Of a stretch of DNA of 64,000 nucleotides, positions 12,770 through 26,300 are shown one piece after another (the first letter of the stretch is position 1; each line of letters begins with the position of its first letter). The stretch comes from Octopus sinensis (lineage: Eukaryota), in assembly GCF_006345805.1 (NCBI RefSeq), contig NC_043001.1:33914001-33978000 (forward strand), given 5' to 3'. The translations under genes and the position numbers were made by a program. Below the pieces are notes generated by a model, which was not told the DNA's origin, made no database searches, and saw only the letters and a list, made by a program, of their open reading frames with translations.

Positions 12770-13865
12770 ATTCAATTTCTGTCTACAAAATCCACTCACA
12801 AGGATTTAATTAGCTTGGGGGCTATAATAGAAGACACTGTAGCAGACACTTTGTGAAATTCTCTCTTTCTGTTATATATAACATAAATATGGACGTAGCA
12901 GATAACAGCTAGCCTTCGGCTGCTTGGACCCAGTTGTGTCCACTACTCTAATTGGTTGGTACTGATGCAGTTTGTCTCTTGCTCTGTTATGCGCCAATGT
13001 GCAATCCAACCAATCTCAGCCTTCTGATAAGGTCACGTGAGACAGTCTCTTCTGGATCTCCGTCTGCGCCATTAGCTTGCTATAAAAACTTCAGCAATTC
13101 ATCAAGTCGAGGTCTTTGGTTCTAGACTTTCTAACCACTGATCACAGAGCATACAGCCAGTTCCAGTGACAGACAACACTGGCAGCCCACATGGAGAAAC
13201 ATCAACATTTCGTCCAGCTGTACCAGGACCTCCATCTCCATCGCCAACATCTCTCTACGTACACCCAGGTTCTATCTCCACACTGTTTGTGAATTACTTC
13301 ACCATAGTTAACAGCAAATACAACCTGCGAGATCTTGTATCAACTGACCGACAGCGGCATAGTAGCCACAAGTTCTTACACGACATGTGCTTCAACTAGC
13401 TCTAATTCTTCGCCACAACTTCTTGTTACAGCGCTTCAACTATTGTGTACTTTACTACGAACTGGTATTTATCTTCATTATGCGAGAACATTCTTCTAGC
13501 GTCCTCTTGTTGACTCTTGTTGGCTCTGTATTTTATCTCACACGCATACACCCTTGTTTGTTCACACGTACACATTATGTACATACCACGCACGAACACA
13601 CAGACACACATTAACACCTAAATAAAATCTTCTTTTAAAACTTCTATCGGTTGTGTCTTTCTTTTCCTACTGGCACTTGTACTCATTTATCCATTTTGCA
13701 TTTATTGTAAGCGATCGTGCGGTGTATTAAAGGAGTCATTCTTCGTCACCACTCCTTTCACACGTTTGTTCTTACAATATTTACTCACAGTACAACAAAA
13801 TGGAACAGAACACAAGTCCACATGATTGGGAAGCAAGCGTCTTTACCACACAGCCACACCTGTGC
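12770..13865 (-). mobile_element. tRNA-SINE split by the solo LTR
   Basis: SINE text stops at ...gaagacac (12837) and resumes after 13780 (...gattgggaagcaagc...ccacacagccac). Confidence 0.75.
12838..13776 (+). mobile_element. Solo LTR (939 bp)
   Basis: TGTA...TACA termini; CCAAT at 12994 and 13010, GTCACGTGA at 13032, TATAAAA at 13081, AATAAA at 13621; interrupts a SINE; flanks acac/atat may be a decayed 4-bp TSD. Confidence 0.75.
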
Positions 13866-14385
13866 ATGTGCACTGAGTTTATAAAGATTATTCCAGACAT
13901 TGTCTAAATATCTTCTCTCTTACATAATGGAATTGAAATCCCTGTTTTATTGGATAATTCAACCCTGTAACGTGGTTTCAGAACTCGACTAGACCTACCA
14001 CTTCATTTGCATTACTAACCTCCTCCTAGGACAGTGGATTGGCAGAATTGTTAGAGTATTGGACAAAATACTTTGTGGTATCTCTTCCAACTCTTTACAT
14101 TATGGGTTCATATCACACCAAGATCAACTTTGTTTTTCATCCTTTCAGAGTAGATAACATAAAGTAACAGTTGATACTGGGATCAACAGTATCAAGTAAT
14201 ACCCTCCCCTAAAAACTACTGACCATGTGCCTACATTAAAAACAATTATTATCTACATCCAAAAGAGGTTTCAATATCACGATTCTCCAATTACTCTTTT
14301 CCAAAAACAAATCTTTGGGTTTGGGTTTGTAAAAGAAAATTATTATTCATAGAAGTTTTATTGTTTATAAATATTATTCTGGCAA

Positions 14386-14812
14386 AGGCAGAGAGCTAGC
14401 AAAATTGTTAGCACACCAGGCAAAGTGCTAGCAGCCTTTTGTCTGTCTTTATGTTTTGAGTTCAAATTCTGCTGAGGTCAACTTTGCCTTTCATTCTTTC
14501 AGGGTTGATAAAGTAACAGTTGAGCCCTAGGGTTGATGTCGTTGACTTGCCTCCTCCCTGAAATTGCTGGCTTAGTGCCAAAATTTGAAACCAATATTAT
14601 TCTGGCAAAGGCAGTAAGCTGGCAGAATCATTAGCACACCAGACAAAATGCTTAGCAGCATTTTATGTTCTGAGTTCAACTTCTGCCATGGTCGACTTTG
14701 CCTTTCATCTTTTGGGGGTCGATAAAAATAAGTACAAGTTAAACACTAGGGTCAAAGTAATTGACTTATCCGTTCCCCTAAAATTCCTGGCCTTGTTCCA
14801 AAATTTGAAACC
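14386..14812 (+). mobile_element. Head-to-tail pair of a second SINE family (gagctggcagaa...gttcaaatt...aaatttgaaacc)
   Basis: Two ~205-bp units, each bounded by aatattattctggcaa; further copies near 1410, 14030, 17500, 46140, 49820, 50070 and 62075. Confidence 0.85.
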
Positions 14813-15559
14813 AATATTATTCTGGCAAGTAAGTTCCTTGCTATCAGAGTTTGTAATTTGATTCTTACTAGGTATTGTTCCACTTATTTTCATCTCCTGG
14901 GAAAAGTAACTATTTCAGAATTTTTCATATTCTCTCTTCAGTTATAATCCCTTCTAAATCTTCGAACTATAAATAAGTTATTACTGTTATTACTATCACT
15001 TCTTTGGCAGTAAATGACAGAGAGAAGCAGACAAATTTATTTGTGGTATTTAGTTACATTCCTTTAAATTCTAAGTTCAAATCCTTCCAGGGGAAGAATT
15101 AAGTAGGAATCACTCAAATATTGAGGTAAATGTTAATGGCTGTGCTCTCCTTTACATACAGTGATATAACTGTGTTAGAAATCATTATCATCACCCAGTT
15201 CTCATAAGAATTCACATGTTGACCCAGAATAGAATTCTAATTAGAGGCAGATGTCTCAAATTAAAACATATCCACTGTAGACATTTTCAAAGAATACTGG
15301 AAAGTACATTTAAGAAGTTCTCAGTTAATCTTATTTCTTGCAATGAATCCAGTTATAACCTTCACTTCTTTTTCTTTTTCTTTTTTTTTGTGTCAAGAAA
15401 TTCAGTTACAACTGTGTTTTTGACACAAAATTTAATTAAAACTTTATCTGAGTTGGGTTTTTGTTATTATTAAGAGAGCACTAGATTGCAGGATCAGTAA
15501 ATACAATAAATAACAGAGAAAATATTTTGTCATACTAGTTACATATGCAGTATTAGTTA

Positions 15560-15870
15560 CATATGTTGATGCCACATATAAAGCACCTGTGTGGGAATCA
15601 CATAAAAAGCAACCAAGCTGGTGCCAAGTGAAAAGCACCCATGCTGGCACCACATAATAAGTTCCTGTGCTGGTGCTACATAAAAAGCATCCAGTACACT
15701 CTATAAAGTAGTTTTCATTAAGAAGATGATGCAGCTGCAGAAACCATGTGAAAATAGACAATTGGAGCCTGATGTGGCTCTCCAACTTATCAGCTCCTGT
15801 CAAACCGTCCAACCCATGCCAGCATAGGAAACAGACGTTAAATGATGATGATGATGATGATGACAATAAT
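15560..15870 (+). mobile_element. RTE-type 3' tail ending in (GAT)n
   Basis: taaaaagca modules then ccaacccatgccagcataggaaacagacgttaaatgatgatg. Confidence 0.8.
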
Positions 15871-16394
15871 GATGATCACGATCATGATGTCCCAAGTTCA
15901 AACACCACTAGAGTTGACTTAGCCTTTCCTCCTGCCGGGGTCAATAAACCAAATGCCAGACATGTACTAGGGTTGACTGAAGCAACTTGGCATACATCAT
16001 ACATGTTTTTACAGCATCGACAACCACAGCATTATGTATGAACTGTTTACCTTTCACTTGCTTGAATCACTGGACTGCAGCCATGCTGGGGCACTGCTTT
16101 GGAGGATTTATCTGAACAAATCAACCCCACTACTTAATTTTAGATCCAGTACTTATTCTATCAGTAGTCTTTTTTGCCAAACTGCTAAGTTACAGGGATT
16201 TAAACAAATCAAGACCAGTCGTCAAGTGGTAAAGTGGGGTCAAACACACAGGCATGCACACACAGGCTTCCACACAGTTTCCATCCACCAAATTCACTCA
16301 CAAGACATTGGTTGGCTAAGACTTGTAATAGAAGACACTTGTCCAAGGTAGGACTGAATCCAAAACCATGTGGTTATAATGCAAGGACATGTTA

Positions 16395-17100
16395 GAATAA
16401 TCATTATTCCTTCATAACACAGTGTCGGTAAAAATGCACCGGAGTCTTTAGTCATCTTTCAAGTCACAACAAGGACCTCAGACAGATAATACTTTCTTTA
16501 AGATGTGTGCTGTGCCCAATAAGGCTGCTTTTTGCAAGACATCAATCTTGCATGGGATTTCCAGTGCCTTAAGAAGTTTTGAAGTTTCAATGGGATTGAG
16601 CCCAACACTCCGATTAGCACTGGTATCACTTTTACATTACCCTCTCGCATTCCATACAGTCTTGCCATTTCCACTTTCAATTCGAAGTACTTGGTGATTT
16701 TTTTCAACCTCTTTACTCACAACATTCATGTCATTTGGTATGGCTACATCAATGATCTGACAGTATTTATCTCTCTTATTCAATATGACAATATCCGGCT
16801 GACAGTGTTCGATTACACGATCCATCTGAAAATCATAGTCCCAGAGTATCGTTACTTTTCCATCCTCCTACATAACTTTACTTGGTACATACAGTTCTCT
16901 GTTACTTCATATTGGTATTTACGACATAAGAGCCAATGAAGATACACATACACTTAATCGTGGCGGCACTTGTATTCTTTTTGTGCAAGGCTCTCACATC
17001 CACTTACCAAGTGGGTCACATTTTCTACACTCTTTCCACAGAGTCTGCATTTCTGCGAAGATACTGGAATGGATTTTATTGACTACGATCCTTTCTCTTC
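16395..17100 (-). mobile_element. R4/Dong non-LTR retrotransposon 3' fragment (CCHC knuckle + RLE endonuclease)
   Basis: KCRLCGKSVENVTHLVSGCESLAQKEYKCRHD; PDIVILNKRDKYCQIIDVAIP; KY.ELK.E..RLYG..VKVIPVLIGVLGSI; frameshifted. Confidence 0.9.
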
Positions 17101-19429
17101 AGTAATATTTATTGAGTAGAAATAAAATCAGAGATTCCATTCTGTACATAAAATCCAGAGATTCCATTCTGTACCCTAGTTTCAGTACTTGGTTAGAGAC
17201 CTATCACTACAAGTACATTATCAAAATCTCTTAAAAGGTTTCAATATCATAATTCCTTATTCATTCCTTTCCTAAAAAATATCTTTGGCTTTATGCTAAC
17301 ATGAAAATAACCTAATCCATAATAGTATTATCAATTACTTCCATTACTCTGACAAATAAGTGTTCAGGTACTACAGTTTTGCAATTTGATTCTTAGTAAA
17401 GAATATTCTATTTACTTTTCTCTCTTGGGAAAAGTAAGCACTTTAAAATTTTTTATAAAGCCTCCTCTATAAATCTTAGTAGTATCAGTAAATTATTACT
17501 GTTGGCAGAAGACTGGTAAGAGCATTAAAGCATTGGATAAAATGTCTTATAGCATTTAGCTATGACCCTTTGCTTTCTGTGTTCAGATCATGAATTCAAG
17601 GTCAACTTAGTCTTTTATTGTTCTGGAATCAATAAAATAAAGTACCAGTTCAAGTACTGGTGTCAATATAATCAACTGTGCGTTAACAAATTTTACATTG
17701 TAACTAAGTGATTTCAAGTTCCATCTGACCGTGTGCCCCATCATATATATGTATATGCATGTGTTTATGTATTAATATATATGTGTGTGTGTGTGTGCAT
17801 AAATGTTTATTTGTACATGTCTTCACTGGACACTGTTTTGACAACAGGAAGGGCATCCAACCAAAGAATACTGTCTCAATTAAGTTATCCAATTTATGTC
17901 ATTATAAAAGACTGGATGTTAAAAGATGATGATGATGACAACAATGTACCTATGCTAAAAATCATTATTATTATCATGTTATTTCCTGGTTACAACACAC
18001 AGCATAACCGGTACAAAGACAGGCAAAATGCCTTGTAGTATTTAGTTAGATACCTTTATGTTCTCAGTTCAAATCCTTCAATAAAATAGTGGTACACAAT
18101 TACTGGGATCAATTTAATCAGCTGTTACCTCCTCCCTAATATGTGGCCTTGTGATAATGCTAGAAATCATTATTATCACCTAATTCTCATGGGAATTCAC
18201 ATGTTGACCCAGATTAGGATATGATTAGAAGCAGATGTCTCAAGTTAAAATGCATCCTCTGTAGTTTTTTTTAGAGGATACCGAAAATAGTACACTTAAG
18301 AAATTTCTCAGCTGCCCCAATAATTCTGAAAACTTATCAAAGTACAGAAACATTTTCAAGTCTAAAGCTGTTCGAAGCATGTATATTAGATAAAATAGTT
18401 ACACTTTTGCCATAGATCACATTTTGGAGAAAACTGCCTGTCAACTGAATCAAAATGAAGTAATTACTAAAAGCATCTATTTAAGATTTGAAACTATTTG
18501 TTTTCTATTTCCTCCAGCATGGTTACATTTTAGCTGTAAGGCAAATTTTTTCTGCTGCAACTAACGCAAGACTTTATGTATAAAAATAATATATACACAC
18601 AATCTTAAGTTGTTATCACTTAGCAATATTCTATCTGTATCATTGCACATACACTTCACACTCGTGATCTTGACCACTGAGAAAGATATCAGATATAATG
18701 GAGTGGTGAGAAAAACTAAATATATATGCTTCACATAGATAAGTGAAAGAAAGACAGTTGGAGATTACAGACACTATACTGTGAGATGAAAGAAAATAGA
18801 AAATGCTAAGGGAGTAAAATGAAATAGATCATAGTAAGTAATTATAAGCACAAATATTATAGACTATAAAACATTAGATCTGTAGAAATGGAAACTTAAA
18901 CAGAAGGAAAAAAAAGGTGAAAAATATGCAGATGAAAAAATATTTACAAACAAATTATAATAGAAGAAAAGAGATAGGTAATAATGAATGGCTTCAAATG
19001 ATGATAGTAGAAAAAAACTACACCTAAGTTGAAATTAGTAAGTGAAATATTTAAGTAATGATACTTTAGTTCACAGTTTGTTAATAGGAACAAAATTGTT
19101 TACTCCTACCTCAACTCCACACAGCACAAGCTGGATAATATTAATTAAAATCCTTGGTGTTTCTTTGGATCAATTTACTTCAGTAACTATCAAACAAGTG
19201 CATCTTATTAATGAAAACAGATATTCATTAATAGTACTATTTTTTAATTTAAACCTCAACAAATCAGTTTCTATAGATATTATCAAGAGCAATTTTTTTT
19301 TCATATATAAACCTTATCCTGTTTAATTCTGATAACATTCATTGAACTTTAACACTCACAGTATATTACAATACTTTCTGAAAATGGCAATCTACATACT
19401 TTATTTAGGCTTATCAGGCAATATGCATT

Positions 19430-19635
19430 TATTCTCAGGAGCCTGTACAAGGTCACTCAACCTGTTAGAAATAACAGCCAAATCTGAAATCATACCCTAT
19501 CATTTTAGGAAGGAAGGACCAGTTGGATAATGTAGTCCTAGGTTCAGTGTGCATAGGCCAAGAAATAGCATGGTCATGGCTGGAATACCTTTGATCATAG
19601 GTCCGCTTAATTAGAGATGACCTGGGCTAAACAAC
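19430..19635 (+). mobile_element. Unclassified interspersed repeat (ggtcactcaacctgttagaaata...ggctggaatacctttgatcatag)
   Basis: Related copies at ~29505-29730, 29750-29945 and 30280-30455. Confidence 0.65.
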
Positions 19636-20649
19636 TTTTTTTCCATTTTTTTTTTTTCACTATTTCACAACATTAAATTATTTCTTATACAAGATTTTGT
19701 CATGCTTTGATTGCTCCTTAAAAGTAAAATTTCTAGAAAAATTATTCAATATAATTATATTACATTGTTGAGGTATGCGTAATTTATGGCTAATTTACAC
19801 CAAAAGTACGAAAACCCATCTAAAGAAGAAAAAAGACAGCAGTAGGACAAGCTTGTAAGTAATCATTTGAGAAAACAAGTGGAATTAATAATGTGCAACC
19901 TTATTACTTACAAGATCTACAATATGCTAACAATGTTATCATTTACGAGAAGACACATACTTTGTAATCATCCAGTCTACTAAAATGTAAAGAAGTCCAA
20001 TGTAGAGGTGTGGAGAAGATGTAATAATTAGTGTTTCTTTAACTAATTGTATTGTTGATATAGAATGCATGTAAATTAGTTTTAATCTTGCTTAATTCAA
20101 CCAAAACATCTCGAAATGTTTTCCTATTAAAAGTAATTTTTTTTTCTTTTTATGTAACATGGTTTTATACCCTAAGACATTCCAAGAGACATTTCGAACA
20201 ATTTCATTACATTTTTCAATGAAACTAATTAAAAAGATAGAAAATAATCACTCAATTTAATTTAGAAACTTACTTACAGGCAAAATGTGTAATTCTCAGT
20301 TTTGTAGCTGTTTCAGATAGCTGACAAAATACAGCATGATTTCTATGGTTCTGAATGTAAAATGTTATTACAATCGCTTTTTAACAAGACATCCTATCAA
20401 ATGTCAATGAAGTTCTATTTCATAGCACTGAAGTGGAGTAGTATCAGTTTCTTCATCAAGACTATTAAAGCAAAACACAATGCATGGTCAATGTTATTGT
20501 TTAGTACCAGGTCACACTAAACAGTTGTTTTTTGTGTTCAACCTTTCTAAGTAGTCCTGTTATCAAAGGCATTTCAACTATAACCACTACATTCTTTTTA
20601 AGCATAGTAATATAGTATTTTTTTTTCAGCTAGAAGAGTACAATTTGCA

Positions 20650-23000
20650 CAAAATTTGGCTTAGCAGGATATTTAGCAGATGATAAGCATATCATTGATG
20701 GGGGCATCTAGTAATGACTGTTAAGTGCTTTTTTTTTTTTTACCAATGCCTGGCAAATCTGTACTTTCTAATTCCTCTTTTGCTCAGCTCATCTACTCTC
20801 TGACTTGAATGCCAAGTAGATCCCTTAGCAACAAGGCTCTTCCACAACTCTGGATCAATGAAATCTTCTAGGGAGGCCCCTTGCCAATTCTTTGTAGCAA
20901 AAATGTGACAGATATTTGTCATTCATTCTGGCTTGACTCTGCATATAAAAGTATGGATTTTGGGTAATAACATGCAACTGAAGACCTCATTGTTTGGGAC
21001 CTTGTCCTACTAACAAATGCATAGTGTTTTGTGCAAGCATTTGAAGTAGAATCTATTCTTGCTGTATATAGCTCAAGCCTCACTGGCTTCCAGTCAAAGT
21101 GACAGAACAATGGCTCTGTAGACTTCGTTTAGAGAATGAGTCATATCATTACCCATATGTTGTACCAATGAGTGCTATAGGCAATACTGGCTTTAGCAAT
21201 TTTTATGTTGATCTCATTGTTTATCCAGAAGATTCTTGAGAGGGTGCTACCTCAACAAATTCTATCTAACCTACACATGCACAGAAAAGTTGACATTAAC
21301 CTCAAGGTTAAAGTCAAACAGTTAACCACAAGTTATGTAAACCTGTCAGCAGTTAGTAGAGTGTGGTCCCTGACTGTAATTGTAAGTGATGCACAGTTCT
21401 TGTGAGCAGCTGGTTGTCACATGACTTCAGTTTTCTTTGTGCTCATGAGGATGTCAAAGAGACTACAGGCAGAAAATAACCTGTTTGCAGCACTGCTACA
21501 TCTCAAACTGAGCCTGCATTCAGAGCAAGGTCATCTGTAAAGAATACACATAACATATTCTCTTCTTCCTTCATTGCAATTAGGAATTTCCAGAATTTGA
21601 AAAGCCCGGCATCAGTGTGACATCCTCTCTACTGTGGATTAGATCAGTCAGCATGACTGAAAGCCTAATGCTGAAAAGTGCTGGTGCTTGCACACAACCT
21701 TGTTTAACACCATGTATGATTCAGAATGCTGCTATCAACAATTAACCTGGCATACAGGCCCTCAAGAAATTACCATAATTGGCCAATACACATGACAAGG
21801 CATCTCTACTGGGCATGTCTCTCCAAAACCCTTCAAGACCAAGAGCCAAATGCTTTTGTAAGATCAATAAAAGTTATGTAAAAATTTAATTATTGCTCCC
21901 AACACTTCTTCTAAATGGCATGCAACAAAACACCTTGTTGAGTGCACTACAGCCCTCTATAAAACAGTACTGGCTCTCAGGCACAAAGCCCTGTCCTAAG
22001 TGGTCAAGCAGCTGGTTCAACTTTATTCAAGTGAGGCTCTTCCCAGCAACTGACAACAAAAATATTCTTGGTGGTTATTGCAGAACTAAGCATTTTCCTT
22101 CTAGCACAGGTTGACTATTGGGGTGTTCTTTAAATCATGTGGCATGTTCTCCTGATATAGAAAACTTAGTGAGCTTGAGACAGGGCAAGGATCACCAATC
22201 ATGTAGATCTTATCTTCAATGGCATCATGTCCAAGAGCCTTGCCACTGAACAGATCTCATACTAGGTAGGAAAGTAGTAACTGATATGTTACTACCATAC
22301 AAGTAAGCCATTACAACTTCATTGACAACAGTGGGGTAGTTCAAGTCATTATGGAAACATTCCCATCTATCTTTCAAGGGTAATTTCCTTGTCCAATATT
22401 GACAGTACTAATTTGTTAGCACTTAGCAACAGAAATGAGCCTAAAGCCTGTGGGTTGTACAGTATATGCAGCTCTTAAAGTGTCACAGAAATATCTGAAA
22501 TTGATGCTTCCATCATGGGGCATTTTATCTTGGTTTAGTTTAGAAGAAAAGGCTGTATCTATGGCTTTCACAAGGCCTCTAAAACCAGTGAGATTAATTT
22601 GCTAATTTTTCTCTTGAGCAGATACAATCCAACAGATGCAGAAGAAATATATGCAGAGAGGAAATTCTAGAGTAACGTTCTGAAGAGGAAGGACTTTGTG
22701 AAGTGGCTAGTGCAGGGTTTGGGAGGGATTGACACAAGATAAGTAACATGTAGAAGCGAGACAAGAGTTAGGAGTGCCTGAGTGGAGGTGGTATGAGCAC
22801 AGCCAGTTTTGAGGAATCCTGCTTCCATAGGATAAATCTTGAGCTAACAACAAAAATAAATTTATGGTTAGAAACAATACATGTAAGTGATGTACTGGTC
22901 CCACCACCATCAATTCTGGATCACTTATTCATTGAATTAGCATGCAAAGTGTTAGAATATTCTGCAGACAGATGTATTGATAAGATAATTCTGAAGTAGA
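20650..23000 (-). mobile_element. Old RTE (BovB-like) LINE, heavily degraded
   Basis: Minus-strand RT motifs HGVKQGCVQAPALFSI, KKTEVM, GSTLSR..INNEINIKIAKAS, and C-terminal DPELWKSLVAKGSTWHS; many stops and frameshifts. Confidence 0.8.
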
Positions 23001-23419
23001 ATCAATAAGACAGTCCGACAAAGATGAACTTCTTAAATCACAGGTACAATTTACTTGAAAGGCTTCTACAAAGTTTCCCTCAACCCATTTACATTCACAA
23101 GGCTTAAGTAATCCTGTGGTTATGGTAAAGGCACTTGTCCAATATGCAAGACAATGAAATTGAATCTATGACCTCACATGTGTGAAGCTAACTTCTTCAC
23201 TATTCAATCATAGTTGCATCTGACTTGGAAAAACATGTATATATAATTCAAATTTGGTTTGAAAATATATAAATATATTTTCAAGTTAGTTGCAAGACAA
23301 AACATGCATCAACTAAGAAAATCGGATTAGCAATGGTACAAATAAATATACTCTGCAATATATAATGGGTATTCTTTCCCTTGTTTGTAAAACAAAAAAC
23401 ATTTTTTTTTCTTTTATTT

Positions 23420-23609
23420 GTTTTAGTCATTTGACTGGAGCAACGCTTTTGGATGAACAAATCAACCTCAGTACTTATTCTTTGTAAGCCTAGTATTTAT
23501 TCTATCGGTCTCTTTTGCTGAACCACTAAGTTATGGGGACATGAACACACCATCATCGGTTGTCAAGCAATGGTGGGGGGACAAACACAGACACACAAAC
23601 ATACACACA

Positions 23610-23657
<48 letters not shown>

Positions 23658-23822
23658 GACAGGCTTCTTTCAGTTTCCGTCTACCAAATCCACTCACAAG
23701 GCTTTGGTCAGCCCAAGGATATAGCAGAAGACACTTGCCCAAGGTGCCACGCAGTGGGACAGAACCCGGAACCATGTGGTTGATAAGCAAGCTACTTATC
23801 ACACAGCTGCTCCTGCACCTAT
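23420..23822 (-). mobile_element. tRNA-SINE, full length
   Basis: Reverse complement of the 268-672 family, with central (TA)n. Confidence 0.85.
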
Positions 23823-24489
23823 GAAAGGCACAAATATATGTATATTTGTATATGTGTATTTTTGTTATGCATATGGATGAGAGCAGCTGTGTAAAGAAGT
23901 GCTAATCACTCAATGAGAATGAAGCTTGAAGGAGAGGAACCCAAGAAGCCATGGAACAAATTGGTAAAATTGGAGCTTCAGGTATACTGTAGCTGTAACC
24001 AAAACATTGAAATGACTTAATTTATTAGTATCTCACTGACTGGTTAACCTGTCATTTAAACTGTTACTACTTAATATTTAAACAGCTAATGCTTGAAAAA
24101 ATTTTAATTTGCATTTGAAGTATATCATCTTATTACCTTATATTATATTATTGCAGTTCACAGAATTTCTTAAAACATGCTGAAAAGTTTAAAATTTGAA
24201 CAACTTCTACAGAAATTGATTAAAACTCCAACATGAAACATCTGAAAATCTAATACTCTTAAAAGGAAACAACATTATTTTTCCAACTGAAAGTGTCATC
24301 TGGCATAAAATACTTTATAAGAAAATTTATCATTCCTCTTATAACATCTGTTTCAATAGTACTTACAAATGAATACTACAAACACTGACAAGACAACTGA
24401 AATACTGCAGATCGGCAAAATTTAGTGTTACCAAATTAAAATTATGGAAATTACTGAAAATCTAGTAACTGACACATCACATAAAAATA

Positions 24490-25869
24490 CAGGATGATCA
24501 ACTCTAGTGCAGACATTTATTTTACTTAAATTTAATTAATATTTGTTTTCTTATTTCAGAAATTTAATACTTTTAACATTTAAGGTGGTATTGAAACTAA
24601 TTTCTACTTGAAATTTAACATACTTGAAGCTAGTAGTTAAGCTAGTATGAATAGAATAAATAAAGCAATTGAAGGGCTATTCAAGAAAAGGAAAACTCCT
24701 AGCAAGATTTTCAAGATTTTGAAACCCAGTGTCAGCAGCTCAGGAGTCTATAAAGTAATCAAATGAATAAAAGAGATCAGTTCTTGCTTACCAAGAGTGA
24801 GAACTACTCCAGCTCAACCAGTTAGAACTCAAAAACTCATCAAAAACACCAAAGAGAAGATCAGGCGTAATCCAAAATGAAGCAATGAAGCATCAGAAAA
24901 CTTGTTTCAGAAGCTGGTACAAGCTATGGAGCTATGCATAATTTATTGAAAAATGATTTTCAATTATTCCCATACAAGGTATCAAAAGCATATCTTTTGT
25001 CTGAAGCCACAAAGGGAAAAAGGCCGCGACCTCAAATGGCATGAAAACCCCACTAATCTTCATTGAAGAGAGTGTAAAAGCAAAACAACGTTTATTTGGA
25101 CATGTTAAAAGATAAAGTAGTCCCTTAGATTATTGCAACAATGGGGGGACAAAGGTCTAACTCTCCAGCAAGCTGGCACACCTCATATGGCTAAAAAGGT
25201 CCAAGAATGGTGACAAGAGAATTTCAAGGCATTCTGGTCAAAAGAGCTCTGTCCCCTCCCCCTCTCCACCCAACCTGAAACCGATGGACTTTGGCATATG
25301 GTCTATCCTTGAGAGCAAAGCCTGTGCTAATTCTCACATGAGTCTCAGAGCTCTTGAATGCTATTTGCAAAAATGCTGGAATGAAATCTCTGAAGAAACT
25401 GTTCATGCCACTTGCTCCCAAGTTGTTCCCAGACACCAGCAGGCAGTTTTCACCAAGGGTGGATATATTGAAAATTAAATATATCATCTTAATCTACATT
25501 TCCTGGGCTTTATTTGAGCATATTTAAATTCAATGTATCATTTTGTATCAAGATGTTATTTGAATAAATACAGGGTGTGGCAGAAAGGTTGCCCTATTTC
25601 AAAGGTCAATAAAAAACAAAGACATGAAGATGCATGAAAAATCTTTGTATTTCTATGAAGTTCATTAAATGCCATTTTTTCTTTTCTTTTTTTTTTTATC
25701 TGTTTCAGGTAGTACCCACCATGGCCTGAAGTGGAGAGCATTGTGCATTTGTTGTTGAAGAGTTTGTTTTTTCTTGTGTCTTCATATGTTTGTTTTTTAT
25801 TAACCTTTGAAATCAGGGCTACCTTTCTGCCACACATTGTATATGTCTACATTTCGTCTGATCACCCTG
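24490..25869 (+). mobile_element. Tc1/mariner maT-like (DD37D-type) transposon, defective
   Basis: TA|CAGGATGATCA at 24488 and TGATCACCCTG|TA at 25869. Transposase from ATG 24647 (RTQKLIKNTKEKIRRNP; FPYKVSKAYLLSEA; TPLIFIEE; QQAG..H..K.VQEW..ENF..FW.KEL..P.MDFGIWSILESKAC); first-Asp region deleted; stops. Confidence 0.85.
25571..25839. mobile_element. Tc1/mariner MITE with ~60-bp TIRs, nested in the maT element
   Basis: TA|cagggtgtggcagaaaggttgccctatttcaaagg... and ...cctttgaaatcagggctacctttctgccacacattg|TA. Confidence 0.9.
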
Positions 25870-25974
25870 TACAATCACGACATTACTGTAGTTTCTTTTT
25901 GTGCTTGTGCGGGCTGAATTTTTCTCCAAATTCAGACCATTCTGCATCTTTGGAATGCATTTCGTATTATTAGA

Positions 25975-26300
25975 CAGGTGCAGGTGTAGCTATGTAATTA
26001 AGAAGCTTGCTTCCCAACTACATGATTTCAGTTGGGCAGGTGTTATCTAATATAGCCCTAGGTCAACCAAAGCTTTGTAAATGTATTTGGTAGACAGAAA
26101 CTGAAACAAGCCTATCACATGCCTATACGTGTGTGTGTGTGTGTAGATGTATGTGTTTGTATGCATATTTGTGTTCTTAACATCATGTGATGGCTATAAA
26201 CAAGCATCTCCATCATACATGTTGTTTGTTTTCAGTTCTCCATGTCTCGCCATGGGAAATATTTCCTTGTTTGGAAACAGGAAGGGCATCTAGCCATAGA
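25975..26300 (+). mobile_element. tRNA-SINE head joined to an RTE-type tail fragment
   Basis: Head matches 268-430; ends ggaaacaggaagggcatctagccataga. Confidence 0.7.
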
